A stretch of 64,000 nucleotides of DNA from a virus, in IMG/VR virus record IMGVR_UViG_3300031420_000003, positions 184,417 to 248,416 of that record; one strand, given 5' to 3'. The notes beneath the pieces were generated by a model, which ran no database searches, was not told where the DNA came from, and worked only from the letters and a program-made list of their open reading frames with translations. This document shows positions 60,191-64,000 of this stretch, in pieces. The translations under genes were made by a program, and so were the position numbers. Position 1 is the first letter of the stretch; each line of letters starts with the position of its first letter.

Positions 60191-60238
60191 TTTTTACTGG
60201 CCTCTGTGACAAGTCGATTAAAGTGAATACATCTTCGT

Positions 60239-60259
60239 TCACAGAGATGATATCTATCC
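60239..60259 (-). promoter_or_regulatory. Putative early promoter motif
   Basis: GGATAGATATCAT-CTCT-GTGA. Confidence 0.7.
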
Positions 60260-60261
60260 GA

Positions 60262-60301
60262 AATAAAATAGAGTATTCCCCTCTCCAAAACGGAGAGGGG
60301 G
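60262..60301 (-). terminator. Terminator closing the tRNA/ncRNA transcript
   Basis: CCCCTCTCC-GTTTT-GGAGAGGGG hairpin followed by an AT-rich tail. Confidence 0.65.
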
Positions 60302-60306
60302 TACCC

Positions 60307-60670
60307 TGGTGTGGTCGAAGTCTTTCTAACTACCTGGGCAGTATCCGACGGGTCAGGTTCAGACACTTATTAGCAAGCGCGCTAATGTGGATTGTCGGGT
60401 AGGCTGACACAGCAAGCATCCATGGGGGGAAGCGAACTACCTACCCGACAAACGGGGTTTGCTCGAACACCTTTTAAACCACCGCCAGGCGAGTTAAAGG
60501 AATGGTATCCGAGCAATGGGGAACAGACAAAAGCCCGTAATGGCTCTGGGCGTATGTGCAGTAGAAAAACCTATTCGGCTTCTGTCTGTATTGGGTTTTG
60601 CGCTGAGACGCCTGCACGTGTTAGGTTGAATGAAATTTTTCCGGAATGCCATTCACAGTTATCTCAGAGC
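60307..60670 (-). ncRNA. Putative structured ncRNA A (about 360 nt)
   Basis: No credible ORF; several stems, including perfect 12-bp TTGTCGGGTAGG/CCTACCCGACAA, TTGCTCG/CGAGCAA, ACAGACAAAAGCC/GGCTTCTGTCTGT; minus-strand end reads ...CCACACCA. Confidence 0.5.
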
Positions 60671-60675
60671 AAAGG

Positions 60676-60751
60676 TGGCTGGTGATGCAGGAATCGAACC
60701 TGCGACATATGGATTAACAGTCCACTGTTCTACCGACTGAACTAATCACCA
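60676..60751 (-). tRNA. trnN: tRNA-Asn(GTT)
   Basis: Cloverleaf, anticodon loop CT-GTT-AA, TTCGATT T-loop, encoded CCA. Confidence 0.95.
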
Positions 60752-60756
60752 AGAAA

Positions 60757-60833
60757 TGGGTCAACGGTTATGGGATTCGAACCCACCTAGTCTGTTCGCG
60801 AGCACAGTGCATCACAGTTTTGCTTACCGTTGA
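60757..60833 (-). ncRNA. Aberrant tRNA-like element 1
   Basis: 8-bp acceptor TCAACGGT/ACCGTTGA, T-arm GTGGG-TTCGAAT-CCCAT, CCA end; 4-bp anticodon stem with 8-nt loop GCTCGCGA; non-canonical D arm. Confidence 0.6.
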
Positions 60834-60839
60834 AAATAG

Positions 60840-61112
60840 TGGCCGCTTGCCCCCTAACGACTTAACGTTAGACGACTCATCTGGGATTGCTTTGCCCCAG
60901 ACTATACACCCCGCGCGCCCATTGGTTTCGTCAAGAGGGGATGATCCTTTTAACGTGTGTAGGTGACACCCCTCCGAATCCCACGGAGTTCTAAAGGCTG
61001 CACTTAGCGGTCCTCACCATCTACGCCCGCAGGCTACGGTTAACGACTGATGCTTTTATTGGCTGCCATCCCTCAATCGCGTAACGCCGAAGCGTGCTAG
61101 GGGAAGGTGTCA
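60840..61112 (-). ncRNA. Putative structured ncRNA B (about 270 nt)
   Basis: Terminal pairing CCCCTAGC/GTTAGGGG, internal hairpins ACGC-TTCG-GCGT, CTCCG/CGGAG, TCTGGG/CCCAGA; ends GCGGCCA. Confidence 0.5.
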
Positions 61113-61202
61113 TTGTAGGGTGAACGCTCGGTATCTAAACCAGTTAACCAAATGGGGGACACTCTGCAGGAGGAGACCCATTCAGATTACACGCTCATTG
61201 AT

Positions 61203-61292
61203 TGGCGGAGAATGTTGGATTCGAACCAACGGTACCCTTACGGATACACTCCCTTAGCAGGGGAGCGACTTAAGCCACTCATCCAATTCTCC
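61203..61292 (-). tRNA. trnS: tRNA-Ser(GCT)
   Basis: Cloverleaf with long variable arm, CT-GCT-AA loop, CCA. Confidence 0.95.
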
Positions 61293-61297
61293 AGATA

Positions 61298-61373
61298 TGG
61301 CAGTGCTGATGGGATTTGAACCCACGATTTCCTACGTGACAGGCAGGCGTCTTAACCGCTCGACTACAGCACT
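61298..61373 (-). tRNA. trnD: tRNA-Asp(GTC)
   Basis: Cloverleaf, CT-GTC-AC loop, CCA. Confidence 0.95.
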
Positions 61374-61379
61374 ACTGTT

Positions 61380-61455
61380 TGGCAGGGAAGAGAGGACTCG
61401 AACCTCCAACACCCGGTTTTGGAGACCGGTGCTCTACCAATTGAACTACTTCCCC
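61380..61455 (-). tRNA. trnW: tRNA-Trp(CCA)
   Basis: Cloverleaf, CT-CCA-AA loop, CCA. Confidence 0.95.
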
Positions 61456-61473
61456 AGAATTGCGCATCGCTTG

Positions 61474-61563
61474 CTTGGTGGGGTCAACCACCTCACTAGT
61501 ACACTCCCCGCGAAGAAAGGAATCGCGTAACCGCTAGTAGTGGCGACTAACCACCCCGCAAGG
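61474..61563 (-). ncRNA. Putative small rod-like ncRNA C (about 90 nt)
   Basis: Nested pairing CTTG.GTGGGG/CCCCGCAAG, ACTAG/CTAGT, CGCGA/TCGCG in the tRNA spacer. Confidence 0.4.
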
Positions 61564-61578
61564 TTACGTTCTTGTGTT

Positions 61579-61654
61579 TGGTATTCCCGACGAGATTTGA
61601 ACTCGTGTACCGTCAGTGAAAGTGACGTATCCTAACCAACTAGATGACGGGAAT
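61579..61654 (-). tRNA. trnE: tRNA-Glu(TTC)
   Basis: Cloverleaf, CT-TTC-AC loop, CCA. Confidence 0.93.
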
Positions 61655-61657
61655 ATT

Positions 61658-61732
61658 TGGTACACCCACGGGGATTTGAACCCCGGTTAACTGCTCGAAA
61701 GGCAGCGGTCCTAACCGCTAGACGATGGGTGT
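61658..61732 (-). tRNA. trnE: tRNA-Glu(TTC), second divergent copy
   Basis: Cloverleaf, CT-TTC-GA loop, CCA. Confidence 0.88.
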
Positions 61733-61737
61733 ATAAC

Positions 61738-61823
61738 TGGTGGCACGGGTTGGATTTGAACCAACGAAGCCCGAAGGCGGCAGATTTACAGTCTGCTCTC
61801 GTTAACCGCTTGAGTACCTTGCC
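61738..61823 (-). tRNA. trnY: tRNA-Tyr(GTA)
   Basis: Cloverleaf with variable arm, CT-GTA-AA loop, CCA. Confidence 0.95.
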
Positions 61824-61846
61824 AGAATTCTTTATACATAACAAGA

Positions 61847-61929
61847 GGGTTGTGTTGTGGAATTGAACCACGAAGTGCTTACGTCCGTTTGCCTGCCGTA
61901 AACCCAACTCACGCCAACGTGACACAACC
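61847..61929 (-). ncRNA. Aberrant tRNA-like element 2
   Basis: 8-bp acceptor GGTTGTGT/ACACAACC, T-arm GTGG-TTCAATT-CCAC, hairpin CACG-TTGG-CGTG, 7-bp central stem with 13-nt loop; no encoded CCA. Confidence 0.55.
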
Positions 61930-62028
61930 ATTGCACATATGTACTGAGATAACTTGTTATTTTTGCAACAGTTTATCTAAGCGCACATGTCTTGTACATA
62001 ATACAGTGTAAACCTGTAATTACATTTT

Positions 62029-62104
62029 TGGAGCAGACAGTCAGGTTCGAACTGACGACCCTCTGATTGGAAATCAGATGCTCTACCAACTGAGCTATGC
62101 CTGC
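62029..62104 (-). tRNA. trnG: tRNA-Gly(TCC)
   Basis: Cloverleaf, TT-TCC-AA loop, U73, CCA. Confidence 0.93.
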
Positions 62105-62124
62105 AACATATATACTAACTAAAG

Positions 62125-62706
62125 GTTAAACGGGTGTCGATGGACTTCTTCTTCTGAGCCTGTCCGCGGACAGGTCTTAGCGCCTCCAAGCACCGACCCC
62201 TATTACTTTCAATTCGTGACGTACCGGCCGTTTGAGGTACCGCGCCAACTGCAGCACACAGCTGCTCTTTCGCATCTGGGAACTCAATCCCATCAGTTAT
62301 TTTCAAATTGTGGGTGAAGGTTGCCTATGTCAGCGAGTCAGCTTAATGGGCTGGTGCTTGACCTTCTTCCTTCACGACGTTCGCCGCAGTTGAGGGCTTG
62401 CGCCCTGAAACAGGTTTATGGCGTACAGTCCCACAGCCTGATAACCAATAAGTATCGAGCCTCCAGAAGCGCATGTTGCTAATGACATTCCGAAGAAGGC
62501 CAAGAGCATGATGCACAAAGGCTCTAATCATTTTACGCTCATCGAATAAGTTGTGGACGGACGGGACACCTACCGGATTAGCAGTAGTGCTTTGTGTGTC
62601 CCGGCTGCGCAAGGCTTAAGGGTCTGCTTGCGGTCTTAGCATGCGATAACCGTTATCTCGCTTCCGTCGCGATGGGGATATCAGCCCGCACCGCTGAGTT
62701 GTCAGA
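62125..62706. ncRNA. Putative large structured ncRNA D (about 580 nt)
   Basis: No credible ORF; dense hairpins (CCTGTCC/GGACAGG, GTACC/GGTAC, GCAGC/GCTGC, AGGGC/GCCCT, CGGGACAC/GTGTCCCG, GAGCCT/AGGCTC, TGTGGG/CCCACA). Confidence 0.45.
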
Positions 62707-62709
62707 TAA

Positions 62710-63540
62710 TTACTTCGCTGTGCCGAGGATACGAGACTGATTCTTCAGTAGAATCGTCGACACGGCTTCAAGCAGATCGTCGCTACTGTTGTTGTTGGCA
62801 ACAACAAGCGTGGTCGTACAAGGAACATCGACACTGCCACCGAAGAATGCGCCGTTAACTTTCGCAGACTCTTTGGTGTACACGGATTGACCGTTAGGCA
62901 GTTTGTCGTTAACGTTCCACGTTGACATATCAATCATCTGCAAGCCAGAACCGTCCTGATTAACCGCATCAAGGAACTTGTTGTTCTTGCCCGGAGCCGA
63001 TACCCACAAGAAGGCGTCGTATTCACCGGTAGCCATTTTGGCCAGTGAACGGATACCGCCTTTTGCGTAGGTCTCAGCCTTACCATATTCTTTCACCAGT
63101 TGTTGCAGATACTGCCAGCTGGCATACGAGCCGCTATCAGGTTCGCCAACCGCAATCTTCGCGCCGTTGGTGAGGTCTTCTGCTTTACTGATTTTGCCGT
63201 CTTTCTTCACGGCTACCCAGACGCACTCTTTGGCCAACTGGCCAACGATGTCAACGTTCTGCGCTTCGTTCGGGTGCTTGTTGCGCCAGAACTGGAATGC
63301 ATCTGCCTGCGTGAAGCCAACCTGTGCTTCATTCGCCGCGACTTTGTCGAGGTTATCCAGCGACCCTTTGGACGGGACGACCTGCGACTTGTTACCGAAC
63401 TCGGCCAGAGCACCGGCTAAGTTCACCCCGTAAACGGAGTTGTAGGTTAAACCCTGCTGTCCTGTGGTGATGACCACATTCTCGCCTGCCAGTGCCGAAA
63501 AGCTGAAAAGTGCCAATACTCCAATGAGTAACTTTCTCAT
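62710..63540 (-). CDS. TAXI-family TRAP transporter solute-binding protein
   Basis: Signal peptide (..FSALA); TG...TY, SKGSLDNL, VGFTQAD, KIAVGEPDSGS motifs. Confidence 0.85.
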   Translation of the reverse strand: MRKLLIGVLALFSFSALAGENVVITTGQQGLTYNSVYGVNLAGALAEFGNKSQVVPSKGSLDNLDKVAANEAQVGFTQADAFQFWRNKHPNEAQNVDIVGQLAKECVWVAVKKDGKISKAEDLTNGAKIAVGEPDSGSYASWQYLQQLVKEYGKAETYAKGGIRSLAKMATGEYDAFLWVSAPGKNNKFLDAVNQDGSGLQMIDMSTWNVNDKLPNGQSVYTKESAKVNGAFFGGSVDVPCTTTLVVANNNSSDDLLEAVSTILLKNQSRILGTAK

Positions 63541-63601
63541 GATTGTTGTTAACCTTGTGTTAAGAAAGAAAGCGTGCTAAGGGGAACGTCCCTACCACGT
63601 A

Positions 63602-63772
63602 TCAGGTGCTCTTCCGTTTAGGAATGAGTCGCTTGATGACAGGCCAAGCCAGAACGACGACAAAGCCGATAACGAGAACGATACCGAACAGTGTCATGAT
63701 TCGGCCAACGAAGTGACCGAGCAGCATGAAGAACAATGCCGCCGCGATGTACAACTTGGTCTTCAGTTTCAT
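63602..63772 (-). CDS. Small membrane protein
   Basis: 56 aa MKLKTKLYIAAALFF..., two hydrophobic segments and a basic tail. Confidence 0.55.
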   Translation of the reverse strand: MKLKTKLYIAAALFFMLLGHFVGRIMTLFGIVLVIGFVVVLAWPVIKRLIPKRKST

Positions 63773-63794
63773 TCGAGTCTCGAAAGAATCAAAA

Positions 63795-63869
63795 TGGAGG
63801 AGCAGGGCGGAATTGAACCGCCGTAAAGTGATTTGCAATCACTCGCCTAAGCCACTCGGCCACTGCTCC
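63795..63869 (-). tRNA. trnC: tRNA-Cys(GCA)
   Basis: Cloverleaf, TT-GCA-AA loop, U73, CCA. Confidence 0.93.
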
Positions 63870-64000
63870 AGTGTGGTGGGCCGAAGCCCACCGTTATCTA
63901 GCCTGCACAAAATGACTCATGGACAACGCCCGCCGGTAAGTCGGTACGACCGATACAGGTAACGCTCAGGCGGATGCCTTCTTCGCAGCTACCATCACAG

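Noticed and set aside
60392-60685. 97-aa plus-strand ORF in the RNA island (also 61297, 61632 and 61657 ORFs)
   Set aside because: These overlap tRNA genes or structured RNA, lack SD sequences and run through tRNAs
60840-61200. Possible tmRNA, RNase P RNA or group I intron identity for the structured spacers
   Set aside because: No tmRNA 5' GGGG/T-arm ends, no RNase P conserved-region motifs and no recognisable intron core were found by eye; left as unknown ncRNA
61380-61455. Alternative genetic code or suppressor tRNA
   Set aside because: All canonical tRNA anticodons are sense, and long ORFs translate intact in the standard code using all three stops
61075-61531. Shared 11-mer AATCGCGTAAC in two tRNA spacers (61075 and 61521)
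   Set aside because: A single 11-nt match within a few kb could arise by chance; no further similarity
1-64000. CRISPR array, integrase, transposase, intein or homing endonuclease
   Set aside because: No regularly spaced direct repeats or relevant protein motifs seen; RNAP and polymerase ORFs have no obvious insertions

Overview
This is a 64-kb segment of a nucleus-forming jumbo phage (Chimalliviridae, phiKZ-related). Gene order and content resemble the enterobacterial SPN3US/Asesino group; this is inferred from synteny and motifs, with no database search run. Most genes are on the minus strand. Left to right: (1) virion genes; (2) a small accessory island with DHFR; (3) a head/ejection-protein block with A-x-E prohead-protease sites, plus baseplate genes; (4) the exonuclease half of a split family-B DNA polymerase and a virion RNAP beta' subunit; (5) a putative assembly chaperone with a clean -1 frameshift into the next ORF, then an SF2 helicase; (6) the nucleus core block: nvRNAP beta/beta' subunits, PicA-like importer, gp68-like subunit, ChmC, SbcD, catalytic nvRNAP beta' and chimallin; (7) the polymerase half of the DNA polymerase and a tightly overlapping early operon; (8) an RNA island of about 3.7 kb with 8 canonical tRNAs, 2 aberrant tRNA-like elements, several 100-600 nt structured non-coding stretches, and a TAXI-type solute-binding protein gene. 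The most notable observations are the unannotated structured ncRNAs and tRNA mimics, the programmed frameshift, an 8-copy fixed-spacing promoter motif (AGATAGATATYAT-N4-RTGA) marking nucleus and transcription genes, SLLGG low-complexity repeats beside the importer gene, an M48-like virion metalloprotease, and no PhuZ tubulin at its usual position.
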